Positions 9,084-16,896 of a DNA stretch of 29,881 nucleotides are shown one piece after another; position 1 is the stretch's first letter, and every line of letters begins with the position of its first letter. Origin of the DNA: a virus (taxonomy: Duplodnaviria; Caudoviricetes); the IMG/VR virus record IMGVR_UViG_3300020044_006114, positions 1 through 29,881 of that record. One strand, given 5' to 3'. The notes beneath the pieces were generated by a model. It worked only from the letters and a program-made list of their open reading frames with translations, made no database searches and was not told where the DNA came from. The position numbers were made by a program, and so were the translations under genes.

Positions 9084-10256
9084 TTAGTTACCGTAGGGGT
9101 TACCATTGCGCTTAATTTTTATAGTTGGGTCGAGTTTTTTCATTCGGTCAATAATCACTTGGCAATACTTCGGGTCGAGTTCCATCCCGTAGCACTTGCG
9201 CTTTAATTGGTGAGCGGCAACCATTGTTGTTCCGCTTCCTAAAAAACCATCAAAAATCAGGTCTTTTACTTTTGAACTATTTTCTATTTGATAACTAATT
9301 AAAGGAATTGGTTTCATAGTTGGATGTTCTGCATTTCTGCTCGGTCTATCAAACTCTAATATAGTTGTTTGTTTTCTATCTGAATACCATTTATGAGTTT
9401 CTCCTTCCTTCCATCCATATAAACAAGGTTCGTGCATAAAATGATAATCTTTTCTTCCCATAACTAAACTATTCTTTTTCCAAATAATCATTTGTGCGAG
9501 TTTTAACCCGGAATCAACTAATGACTTTGAAAAATTTACTATTTCAACATCAGCAAACCAAACATAAAAAGGTGCTCCCTTTTTCATATATGCATAAATA
9601 GAAACATAAAAATCATACAGGAATCTATAAAAGTCATCATTCTTCATTGAATCGTTTTCAATAGTAAGAGCGTCTTTTGTCTTGCCCTCGTATGCAACGT
9701 TATAAGGGGGGTCTGTTACAACAAGGTCTATAAACTCATCTTTTAATAATTTAGCGTATTGGTCTATTTCTATTGATGAACCACACAACAATTTATGCTC
9801 TCCTATCTCAAATAAATCTCCGAGCACGATGTCGGTTTTTACTTCCTCAGGGATTTCAAAATCATCATCTTCGGCATCAAGGTGTTTGACTGCAAAGTCG
9901 GGAATGTCGAGTCCCCAATTCTCAAGTTCCTCGGCGTCCCATTGGTTGGCAATCATCTCCCAATCCCATTCCCCGAAGCCGACGTTATCTTTGACAATAA
10001 ACTCGCGTTGCTGGTCATCGCTTAACTCGTGAGCGTAAATAACCGGGACTTCTTTTAAGCCGACTTCTTTACAAGCCTTCAATCGCATATTTCCCCCCAA
10101 AACCACGCCGTCCGCATTGCACACTATCGGCCGAAGCTCGAGCATTTTTGGAAATTCCTTAATTGACGCAACGAGCTTTTTAAACTTATCGTCTTTAATC
10201 ACCCGAGGATTATTCGGATTGGCTTTTATTTCGCTTATCTTTTTTAGCTGAATCAT
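9084..10256 (-). CDS. ParB/Srx N-terminal domain fused to an N6A/N4C DNA methyltransferase (beta class)
   Basis: NPNNPR...LGGNMRLKA (ParB-like), then catalytic DPPY, HPTMKP and SAM-binding DGFLGSGTT in beta order. Confidence 0.92.
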   Translation of the reverse strand: MIQLKKISEIKANPNNPRVIKDDKFKKLVASIKEFPKMLELRPIVCNADGVVLGGNMRLKACKEVGLKEVPVIYAHELSDDQQREFIVKDNVGFGEWDWEMIANQWDAEELENWGLDIPDFAVKHLDAEDDDFEIPEEVKTDIVLGDLFEIGEHKLLCGSSIEIDQYAKLLKDEFIDLVVTDPPYNVAYEGKTKDALTIENDSMKNDDFYRFLYDFYVSIYAYMKKGAPFYVWFADVEIVNFSKSLVDSGLKLAQMIIWKKNSLVMGRKDYHFMHEPCLYGWKEGETHKWYSDRKQTTILEFDRPSRNAEHPTMKPIPLISYQIENSSKVKDLIFDGFLGSGTTMVAAHQLKRKCYGMELDPKYCQVIIDRMKKLDPTIKIKRNGNPYGN

Positions 10257-10354
10257 TCGTCCTTATTCGTTTGTTTAATCGCATCTATCACCCCCCAAAC
10301 CGCGAAAACGGCTATTCCCCACACTACCAAATTAACTAAAAACCATATTTCCAT
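10253..10354 (-). CDS. Single-TM micro-protein, 33 aa
   Basis: MEIWFLVNLVVWGIAVFAVWGVIDAIKQTNKDE; ATGA overlap with the MTase start. Confidence 0.6.
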   Translation of the reverse strand: MEIWFLVNLVVWGIAVFAVWGVIDAIKQTNKDE

Positions 10355-10432
10355 TTTTCAAGGGGTGTTAATATCTCATTTTTCCCGAAAACATTGGTAT
10401 TTCATCGGTGGCGAAACCGCACTTATTAACAA

Positions 10433-10570
10433 TCATTTTTGCCATTGGGCCTGACAAACGGCGAACCGCTGAGGGGCCTCAGGAAAGTCGGTAACGGCTT
10501 GTGAGTCGGCCATACAACGGGCAATAAACTCGGGTTTCGTTTCATTTTCTTTTTTTTCGGGTAGTGGCAT
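10433..10570 (-). CDS. Small two-Cys phage protein, 45 aa
   Basis: MPLPEKKENETKPEFIARCMADSQAVTDFPEAPQRFAVCQAQWQK; resembles the MPxP...FIxRCM...QRxAxC module of aquatic phages. Confidence 0.75.
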   Translation of the reverse strand: MPLPEKKENETKPEFIARCMADSQAVTDFPEAPQRFAVCQAQWQK

Positions 10571-10613
10571 AATTAGTTATTTACCTATTTATTAAACGGA
10601 AAGCCGTTTTTTA

Positions 10614-11081
10614 TTACCCCAAATCGTCCAAATTGGCCGCGCCTATTGAATCTTTCAGGAATTGAAATATAACCCCCGCTTTACAGCTTGAGCACCCGTA
10701 ACGCTGGCCCGTCATCTTAGTAAACCACGCGGCGGCCTCCTTTACCATTTGAGCCGTATAAACGCCCTGTTTAGGTAGCCCCGAAATGAAGGCGGCGAGC
10801 GCCTCGGTTTCTTCTTCATTGAGTTTATATCGGCCCCATTTGTTAATAGGGCAACGCCATAACGAGAGTTTCGTTTTATAAGGCATATGGCAACCGCAAA
10901 GCCTCAACTTTTTACGATAGTGAGTTATTGCATTATTAGCCTCAGCCTCGGCCAAGTCCTCAGGGCTCATTTTATTGCCCAAGATGAGGGTTCCGCAACT
11001 TTGCGTTGATTCTTTGAAGTGTTTACAAGCTCGGCAAATCGTCAGCCGCTCGGCGGCGATGGCGGGGGGTACTTTGAACAT
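10614..11081 (-). CDS. Cys-rich putative Zn-binding protein (DUF6171-like N-terminus)
   Basis: RLTICRAC...C...LCGC...K.....CPINKW plus a C-terminal CSSC. Confidence 0.7.
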   Translation of the reverse strand: MFKVPPAIAAERLTICRACKHFKESTQSCGTLILGNKMSPEDLAEAEANNAITHYRKKLRLCGCHMPYKTKLSLWRCPINKWGRYKLNEEETEALAAFISGLPKQGVYTAQMVKEAAAWFTKMTGQRYGCSSCKAGVIFQFLKDSIGAANLDDLG

Positions 11082-11607
11082 TGTTTTTTATTTTGGTTAT
11101 GGCGTTTTCTACTAATTTGTAAAGTGTCTTAACGGGTATCCCCGTCGCTTTGCTGGCTTCCTTATAACTGAAGTCCTCGAGCATATAAAGCCTCAAAATG
11201 GTGGCATCGAGTTGAGGCATTAAATTGATATACGCGTCTAAATACTCGTTATCTAATCGGCTACCGAGCCACGGGGTCAATGGTTCGTCGAGGTGTTTAT
11301 CTGATAGCGTTTCCCAATTCCTTGCGAATTTACCATATTTCACCCCAAAACGTCCCGAGGGGTCGATCGCCATTAAATACAACGAGCGGTTGACGTAGTA
11401 AAACAATTTCCCCTCAGCCGCCAGCGCCTCGGCCTTGTCGCGTTGGTTCTCGAGTATCTTCAAAAGCGTCTCCGAGAGTAAGTCATCGCCTTTCACCGGG
11501 TCACGCATCAGCCCCCGAGCGAACTTGCGCCACGTTGGGTAATGCTTTTCGAGCTCGGTGTCTATAACTTTTTTCAACCCCGTTTGGATGTAGCAAAAAA
11601 CTAACAT
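11023..11607 (-). CDS. Phage RNA polymerase sigma factor (ECF-like); true start may be slightly downstream
   Basis: Region-2-like DDLLSETLLKI and region-4 HTH LYMLEDFSYKEASKATGIPVKTLY. Confidence 0.8.
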   Translation of the reverse strand: MLVFCYIQTGLKKVIDTELEKHYPTWRKFARGLMRDPVKGDDLLSETLLKILENQRDKAEALAAEGKLFYYVNRSLYLMAIDPSGRFGVKYGKFARNWETLSDKHLDEPLTPWLGSRLDNEYLDAYINLMPQLDATILRLYMLEDFSYKEASKATGIPVKTLYKLVENAITKIKNNVQSTPRHRRRAADDLPSL

Positions 11608-11614
11608 AGTTTTG
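11583..11614 (+). promoter_or_regulatory. Bacteroidota primary-sigma promoter P1 with putative operator at 11589..11606
   Basis: TTTG (11583-86), 20-nt spacer, TAGTTTTG (11607-14); matches the -33/-7 consensus TTTG/TAnnTTTG. Confidence 0.75.
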
Positions 11615-11641
11615 TTGGCACTAATTTAAAACCCTTTTTTA

Positions 11642-11920
11642 ATGGAAACCGAATCAGTTATTAACGAGAAAACACCCCCATTGTTAACGCCCGTTAACGA
11701 GTTTCTCAGCATTATTCAAAAGCGATATAACTCGAGCCCGAATTCGCTCGCATCCGCTGGGTACCGCGAGGTGCTCAAAATGGCCGAACAATTCATTCAG
11801 GCTGAGGCCGCTTTTGCTAATGCCGCTTATACGGCGGGATATGAGAAAGCAATCGAAGATATTAGAAACGCTAAAAACATTGAGCCCCAAAATGAAGCCG
11901 AAACAATTACCGAGCCTTGA
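11642..11920 (+). CDS. Hypothetical protein, 92 aa
   Basis: First ORF after P1; AT-rich start context. Confidence 0.75.
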   Translation: METESVINEKTPPLLTPVNEFLSIIQKRYNSSPNSLASAGYREVLKMAEQFIQAEAAFANAAYTAGYEKAIEDIRNAKNIEPQNEAETITEP

Positions 11921-12062
11921 CGAGCTCAAGGCCCGCCGCCACGATATTCTCGCCCTCTCGAGTCAAGTGAAAACCGTTTACGTTCGAAACGTTTTGAACT
12001 TGAAACTCAAAAGCGTACATCGCGACCTCTATACACTTACCAAAAATCCTATTTACAAATGA
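11892..12062 (+). CDS. Small helical protein, LYxLT family copy A, 56 aa
   Basis: MKPKQLPSLDELKARRHDIL...VHRDLYTLTKNPIYK; paralogs elsewhere in the genome. Confidence 0.75.
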   Translation: MKPKQLPSLDELKARRHDILALSSQVKTVYVRNVLNLKLKSVHRDLYTLTKNPIYK

Positions 12063-12175
12063 CTGAACTAAAATATACGGCTTTAGCCTTTGCGATTTTT
12101 TATGGAGTTGTGAGCATCATTGCGTTAGTGCTGGTGCTGCGTTTCTTTTATAAACACTTCAAAAAGGATTTATGA
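12059..12175 (+). CDS. Single-TM micro-protein, 38 aa
   Basis: MTELKYTALAFAIFYGVVSIIALVLVLRFFYKHFKKDL; ATGA overlaps at both ends. Confidence 0.7.
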   Translation: MTELKYTALAFAIFYGVVSIIALVLVLRFFYKHFKKDL

Positions 12176-12357
12176 GCCCCGAAAAGTTAGACCAAATAAT
12201 TAACGACCATTTCGGTACAAAGGCCCTCTTTTCGGCTCGAATGAAAGTGAGTCGGTTCACGGCTTACCGCTGGGTTAAAGAACCCCATCGAATGACGCTT
12301 AAAGACCTCGAGCGCCTGAGTGCAATAACTAAAACCCCCATTTGTGAACTGCTATGA
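12172..12357 (+). CDS. Cro/XRE-like HTH regulator, 61 aa
   Basis: GTKALFSARMKVSRFTAYRWVKEP HTH pattern. Confidence 0.75.
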   Translation: MSPEKLDQIINDHFGTKALFSARMKVSRFTAYRWVKEPHRMTLKDLERLSAITKTPICELL

Positions 12358-12851
12358 ACGTAAACGAAGATTTTAAAAACGCGATGGGGTTAGTACCGCT
12401 TAGGTATCAAAAGGCCGTATTGACCTTATTAGCGCCCCATTTTAGCCCCGAAATGCTGGCGGTGAGTGTCGAGTATCTACGAAAGGACGAAACCCACGAA
12501 TTGAGCCCCCCCGAAATAACCGAGCTTATTTTTAAAGTAGTGGGCGACATAACCGGGCTCCGAGATTTTCGAAAGTGTAAAACCCGAAAGGCCGATTTCG
12601 TGTTCTCTCGGCAACTCGCGATGTTTACGCTATACAACTCGGTACCTCATTTTAGTTATCAGTACGTCGCGAATCTATTCACGCCCCAATTCGACCACGC
12701 GACAACCGTTCACGCGTGTAAGTCAATGGAGGCCCGTTACTCAACGAATAAAGCCACGCGGGAAACCATTAACGACCTCGCCAACATACTCGCCGAATAC
12801 GGCCTTTATGGCTTACAGAATCGGTTGAACTTAATAACTCGAATCGCGTGA
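12354..12851 (+). CDS. Protein with a DnaA C-terminal (domain IV) DNA-binding-like domain
   Basis: SRQLAMF...SYQYVANLF...DHATTVHACK resembles DnaA domain IV RQIAMY...RDHTTVLHA; no AAA+ domain. Confidence 0.8.
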   Translation: MNVNEDFKNAMGLVPLRYQKAVLTLLAPHFSPEMLAVSVEYLRKDETHELSPPEITELIFKVVGDITGLRDFRKCKTRKADFVFSRQLAMFTLYNSVPHFSYQYVANLFTPQFDHATTVHACKSMEARYSTNKATRETINDLANILAEYGLYGLQNRLNLITRIA

Positions 12852-13009
12852 GAAAGCGCCTAAAAAATATGAGCATCGACGAGCTCAGGTTGCACCGCTG
12901 GAACCTCATTCACGCGAAAGCCGATAGGAGCGTTTTAGATCGCGTTAACCGCGAGCTCTTGGCCCGAACGGGAGAGGAAATTTATATTATCCGAAAAAAT
13001 GGCGATTGA
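12848..13009 (+). CDS. Small helical protein, LYxLT family copy B (divergent), 53 aa, GTG start
   Basis: MRKRLKNMSIDELRLHRWNLIHAKADRSVLDRVNRELLARTGEEIYIIRKNGD; fills the gap before TerL with a GTGA overlap. Confidence 0.7.
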   Translation: MRKRLKNMSIDELRLHRWNLIHAKADRSVLDRVNRELLARTGEEIYIIRKNGD

Positions 13010-14297
13010 ATTTTTACCCAAACAAAAGGAATGCCTCGACTCGTTGGGCCTCGATTCCACGGCCGAGGTCGTACTTTTCGGAGGTGCGGCGGGCGGGGCA
13101 AAATCGTTCACGGGTTGCGCTTGGCAAATAATGAGGCGGTTGAAGTATCCCGGTACTCGTGGCCTAATTGGTCGCAGTAAACTCGACACGCTTAAGAAAA
13201 CCACGTTAAAAACGTTTTTCGAGGTTGCTGGGCTATTCGGACTCGTCGCGAATAAACACTACCAATTCAACGCGCAGTCGAATGTTATAACGTTCTCGAA
13301 TGGCTCCGAAATAATACTAAAAGACTTATTCGCTTACCCATCCGACCCCTCATTTGATAGCCTCGGGTCGCTCGAAATTACAGATGGATTTTTAGACGAG
13401 TGCTCGCAAATAAGTAAAAAGGCCGTCGATATTGTGCGCTCGCGTATTCGATATAAACTCACTCAATACAATCTAAGTCCGAAAGTATTACTCACTTGCA
13501 ACCCGTCGAAAGGCTGGCTCTATAATGAGTTTTTCGCGCCATTCCGAGCGGGGCAATTACCCGAGCATTTAGTATTTATACAATCGCGCGTAACTGATAA
13601 CCCCCATTTACCCCCAACCTATGCCGATACGTTGGCCCGATTGCCCGAAGTCGACCGCAAACGATTACTCGAGGGGGATTGGGATTTCGACGAGACACTC
13701 GACGCGCTATTTACTACCGACGATTTGCTGAGGTGCTTTCGGACTGCCAGCGAAACGGGCGAGTTATACATTACCGCCGACGTTGCTCGGTTGGGAAAAG
13801 ATAGGACGGTAATCGCTTTATGGCGTGGTTTATCCCTCATTCAAATAACCGAACTCCGAAAAAAGAAAATAGATGAGACGGCCGCAGTAATTCGGGAAAT
13901 CGCCGACTACCATAAAGTAAAACTCTCGAATGTTATCGCCGATGCTGACGGGTTAGGGGCTGGGCTCGTGGACGTGCTCAAGTGTCGAGAGTTTCGCAAT
14001 GGATCGCGAGCAACCAAGCCCGAGCGGTTCGTTAACTTAAAAGCCGAATGCTTTTTTAAACTCGCCGAGCTCATCGAATTGAATCGAATAACCTTCCCCA
14101 TCCAGCACCGCGACACAATCGTAAAAGAACTCGATTTGATACGCCGTAAAAACCCCGAGGGGGACGGGAAACTCGCAGTAACCGGGAAAGAGGAAATTCA
14201 GCGAACCCACGGAATGAGCCCCGATTACGCCGACGCGGTGGCGATGCGAATGTTTTTCGAGCTATTTCCCAACTATGGGCGGTATTCATACGCTTAG
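12999..14297 (+). CDS. terL: Terminase large subunit
   Basis: PKQ Q-motif, Walker A GGAAGGAKS, Walker B GFLDE, motif III TCNP, nuclease motifs ADVARLGKD and SPDYADA. Confidence 0.93.
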   Translation: MAIEFLPKQKECLDSLGLDSTAEVVLFGGAAGGAKSFTGCAWQIMRRLKYPGTRGLIGRSKLDTLKKTTLKTFFEVAGLFGLVANKHYQFNAQSNVITFSNGSEIILKDLFAYPSDPSFDSLGSLEITDGFLDECSQISKKAVDIVRSRIRYKLTQYNLSPKVLLTCNPSKGWLYNEFFAPFRAGQLPEHLVFIQSRVTDNPHLPPTYADTLARLPEVDRKRLLEGDWDFDETLDALFTTDDLLRCFRTASETGELYITADVARLGKDRTVIALWRGLSLIQITELRKKKIDETAAVIREIADYHKVKLSNVIADADGLGAGLVDVLKCREFRNGSRATKPERFVNLKAECFFKLAELIELNRITFPIQHRDTIVKELDLIRRKNPEGDGKLAVTGKEEIQRTHGMSPDYADAVAMRMFFELFPNYGRYSYA

Positions 14298-14349
14298 TTT
14301 TCCACAAAGAAACCCCCGATTCGATGCGGGGTTGAGTCGGTTATACACA
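14298..14349 (+). promoter_or_regulatory. Two DnaA-box matches flanking a GC hairpin
   Basis: TTTTCCACA (14298-306) and TTATACACA (14341-49) fit TT(A/T)TNCACA; hairpin AACCCC...GGGGTT at 14311-14333. Confidence 0.55.
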
Positions 14350-14367
14350 ATCATTCAATAAACTTTT

Positions 14368-14400
14368 TTTGGTTTGTAGCTTTTTTGCTACATATATTTG
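14368..14400 (+). promoter_or_regulatory. Bacteroidota primary-sigma promoter P2 with palindromic operator at 14375..14392
   Basis: TTTG (14368-71), 21-nt spacer, TATATTTG (14393-400); spacer contains TGTAGC-N6-GCTACA. Confidence 0.78.
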
Positions 14401-14431
14401 CCAAACAATTAACAACTTAAAATTTTATCAG

Positions 14432-14629
14432 ATGTACACGCTTACAATTTACAACCGTCCGAGCAACGAAATCAGCTCATTTGAATTCACTAACATACGC
14501 CAAGCCCTCAACTCATTTATTGAGCGATGCGACGAGCTCGGTTACAATTACGAAGAGGACAACGACGGCAACTTTCTCGCTGGCGGCCTCGGGCACGATA
14601 ACTCAATTACTTTAATTTCTAATATTTAA
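14432..14629 (+). CDS. Hypothetical acidic protein, 65 aa (start at ATG 14432)
   Basis: First ORF after P2; the longer track start lies inside the promoter. Confidence 0.7.
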   Translation: MYTLTIYNRPSNEISSFEFTNIRQALNSFIERCDELGYNYEEDNDGNFLAGGLGHDNSITLISNI

Positions 14630-14640
14630 TACTTAAAACA

Positions 14641-14919
14641 ATGGCAACTATTTCCATCCAAGTAAAATTACCCCAAGTCGTAGACACCCTCGAAATCGAG
14701 CTCCCGTACTACTGCAAAAGCGGCTCAACCCTTTTCTCAATTAAGAGCGAAACCGAGGTCGTTCAAGTGTCGATTTATCGAACCATTAACTCGGCTCACA
14801 TCTATACCAAAAATTGGCTACCCACCGAGCTCGATAAATTCGAAACGACGGTTATAACCCGCGAGGAATTTATGGAGGCGCTTAACGAGGCGAATAACAT
14901 AATAAACTCTTGTATATGA
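14641..14919 (+). CDS. Hypothetical protein, 92 aa
   Basis: AAAACA-ATG start context; IELPYYCK motif. Confidence 0.75.
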   Translation: MATISIQVKLPQVVDTLEIELPYYCKSGSTLFSIKSETEVVQVSIYRTINSAHIYTKNWLPTELDKFETTVITREEFMEALNEANNIINSCI

Positions 14920-14996
14920 GCGATAACATCAAAACCGAACTCAGAATCATTCTAATCATTAATCTAATTACGCTAATATGGTTAATTATCCACTAA
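14916..14996 (+). CDS. Single-TM micro-protein, 26 aa
   Basis: MSDNIKTELRIILIINLITLIWLIIH; ATGA overlap; fills the intergenic gap. Confidence 0.55.
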   Translation: MSDNIKTELRIILIINLITLIWLIIH

Positions 14997-15643
14997 GCCC
15001 CGAAACGCTGGACTCGCTCCAAAAATTTCAAACTCGGCTCAACTCGTTACCCAGCGAGCTCGCCATCGAATCCACGCCCGACCGCAAAGCGCAAACCGTC
15101 GTTATTAGTCATATCGAAATGACTCTCGACGAGCTTTTTTTCGGACAATGGAAAACAGAAAATTTCAAATGGAGCGCGATTGCGAATGAGGTGCAAGGTT
15201 CTCTCGAGCTTGTCGCTATTCATCCCGTGACGGGTTTCGAAATACGCCGCACCGGGGCCGCCTCCATTGTCATAATGGTCGATCGTGTGCCCGATGGGAT
15301 AACGGGAACCGACCGAAACCAATGGGCACTTAACCCATCCAACAAAAAAGCAAATGCGCTCGATATGGCATTCCCCAAGTTGAAAAGCGAATGTTTGAAA
15401 AACGCAGCGCAATCACTCGGCAAGATTTTCGGCCGTGACCTTAACCGCAAGAACGTTGACCAATACCAACCCTATAAATTGCAAGTCGGCGAATTACCCC
15501 AAAACGTTATCAATAAGCTCGAGGTCGGCATAATGAATAAAGACCCTCAAGCCATTGAGGCAATTAACGCCCTCGATACGGTAATGAGCCCAGCGCAAAA
15601 GAACCAATTATTAACCTTAATTCAGCGAACAAATGAGCAATAA
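14978..15643 (+). CDS. Single-strand annealing recombinase (Rad52/Sak-like)
   Basis: IEMTLDELFFGQW...KSECLKNAAQSLGKIFGRDLNRK; adjacent to an exonuclease. Confidence 0.75.
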   Translation: MVNYPLSPETLDSLQKFQTRLNSLPSELAIESTPDRKAQTVVISHIEMTLDELFFGQWKTENFKWSAIANEVQGSLELVAIHPVTGFEIRRTGAASIVIMVDRVPDGITGTDRNQWALNPSNKKANALDMAFPKLKSECLKNAAQSLGKIFGRDLNRKNVDQYQPYKLQVGELPQNVINKLEVGIMNKDPQAIEAINALDTVMSPAQKNQLLTLIQRTNEQ

Positions 15644-16337
15644 CCCTTATTTAAACGATTACCTCCTAACGGTTGCCCAAAATTCAGCCGCGTGGGATAA
15701 AATGCGCCTCGGCCGATTCACGGGCTCAGGAATCAGCGCCCTAATGACTAACCCCAAAACGAAAGCCGCCATCGAAGCGGGTGAGTTATCGGAAACCGCC
15801 AAAAAATACATTTACGAAAAGGCAATGGAGACGGTAACCGGGCAAAGCGCCAACGAGGCAACGAGCCGCGCCATCGACTGGGGGAACGAATGGGAAGAAC
15901 ACGCGTTACGTCAACTGCAAATCGCGCTCGATAGCCCCGAGGAAAGTACCGAACTCAAGCCGTCCTTTAAATTGTTTAACGAGTATTTTGGATGCTCACC
16001 CGATGCCTTTATGATTCACCCCGAATTCGGCCCGGTGGGTTGCGAGATTAAATGCCCGTGGAACTCGGTGAATCACTTTCTACATTCTCAGGTTCAAACG
16101 GGTGAAGACTTAAAACGAGTGAACTCCGACTATTACTGGCAAGTAATGGGCAATATGCTAACGTTTAATTTACCAGCGTGGGTTTTCGCCTCATACGATC
16201 CCCGCCAACCTGAACACCGACGTTTGCATCACACGGTAATTTTATTCGACCCCGAAGCGGCGGCGGCTCTTTGTGAGGCGATGCAACGAGCGCACTCCTA
16301 TAAAGCTACAATCCTTCATAATTGGTTAAAAATGTAA
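15633..16337 (+). CDS. YqaJ/lambda-exonuclease family nuclease
   Basis: WDKMRLGRFTGS, WGNEWE, GCSPDA, EIKCP and YYWQV motifs. Confidence 0.9.
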   Translation: MSNNPYLNDYLLTVAQNSAAWDKMRLGRFTGSGISALMTNPKTKAAIEAGELSETAKKYIYEKAMETVTGQSANEATSRAIDWGNEWEEHALRQLQIALDSPEESTELKPSFKLFNEYFGCSPDAFMIHPEFGPVGCEIKCPWNSVNHFLHSQVQTGEDLKRVNSDYYWQVMGNMLTFNLPAWVFASYDPRQPEHRRLHHTVILFDPEAAAALCEAMQRAHSYKATILHNWLKM

Positions 16338-16356
16338 TCCCTAAAACCCTTTAAAA

Positions 16357-16779
16357 ATGAATAAAAATCTAATTGAGTTAATTACCGACACCGTGAGCAA
16401 GCGCCCCGAAGTCCACACCGAAACAATTTATAACGCGTGCGATTCCGCTGGTTATGTGCGGGGCACCTATACGAGTTACCTATCGCTGATGAAAAAAGCG
16501 GGGTATATACGCCGAGTAAAGCCCCAAGTGTACGCAATCGGAAAGCCAGCGAGTACCCAAACAATCGCGCTTAACTTGCAACGTTTGGCGCTTCATAAAA
16601 GGGACATTAAAGGTGTACTCCCCCAAAATGCCCCGGTTGAAAATAAACAAGTTAAAAAAACAACGTCGCTTTTTACGGAGCCGAAAACTCCCTTTGCTGA
16701 TATTCACCGAGCGCGTAAAATAACCGAAGCCGTTGACTTGTTAAAAAGTTATGGTATCAAAGTAACGCTCGAGTTTTAA
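16357..16779 (+). CDS. Hypothetical protein, possible winged-helix N-terminus
   Basis: TYTSYLSLMKKAGYIRRVKPQVY is wHTH-like. Confidence 0.6.
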   Translation: MNKNLIELITDTVSKRPEVHTETIYNACDSAGYVRGTYTSYLSLMKKAGYIRRVKPQVYAIGKPASTQTIALNLQRLALHKRDIKGVLPQNAPVENKQVKKTTSLFTEPKTPFADIHRARKITEAVDLLKSYGIKVTLEF

Positions 16780-16798
16780 AACGAGTTATTATTGCAAC

Positions 16799-16896
16799 GG
16801 ACTCTCATAATGAAATTTAAAAAATCCCCCTTTCGTTTATTGCCGTCAGCCTTCAGGCTATGGGAGTCCCTTTAAACGTTGGGGGGTATTTTTAAA
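16799..16896 (+). promoter_or_regulatory. Structured leader upstream of the replication initiator, with a 21-aa uORF at 16810..16875
   Basis: 16799-16809 pairs with 16859-16869; 16816-16839 pairs with 16873-16896; inner hairpin AGCC-TTCA-GGCT. Confidence 0.6.

Noticed and set aside
10545-10558. A-rich run in the 45-aa ORF as another frameshift site
   Set aside because: It sits in a Lys/Glu-rich N-terminus at codons 5-8 with no domain boundary or supporting evidence.
10595-10612. Hairpin AAACGG-AAAG-CCGTTT and the CCGTTT word upstream of several late genes as a late promoter
   Set aside because: Too short and inconsistently spaced, and the T tail is on the non-coding strand, so it cannot be assigned without TSS data.
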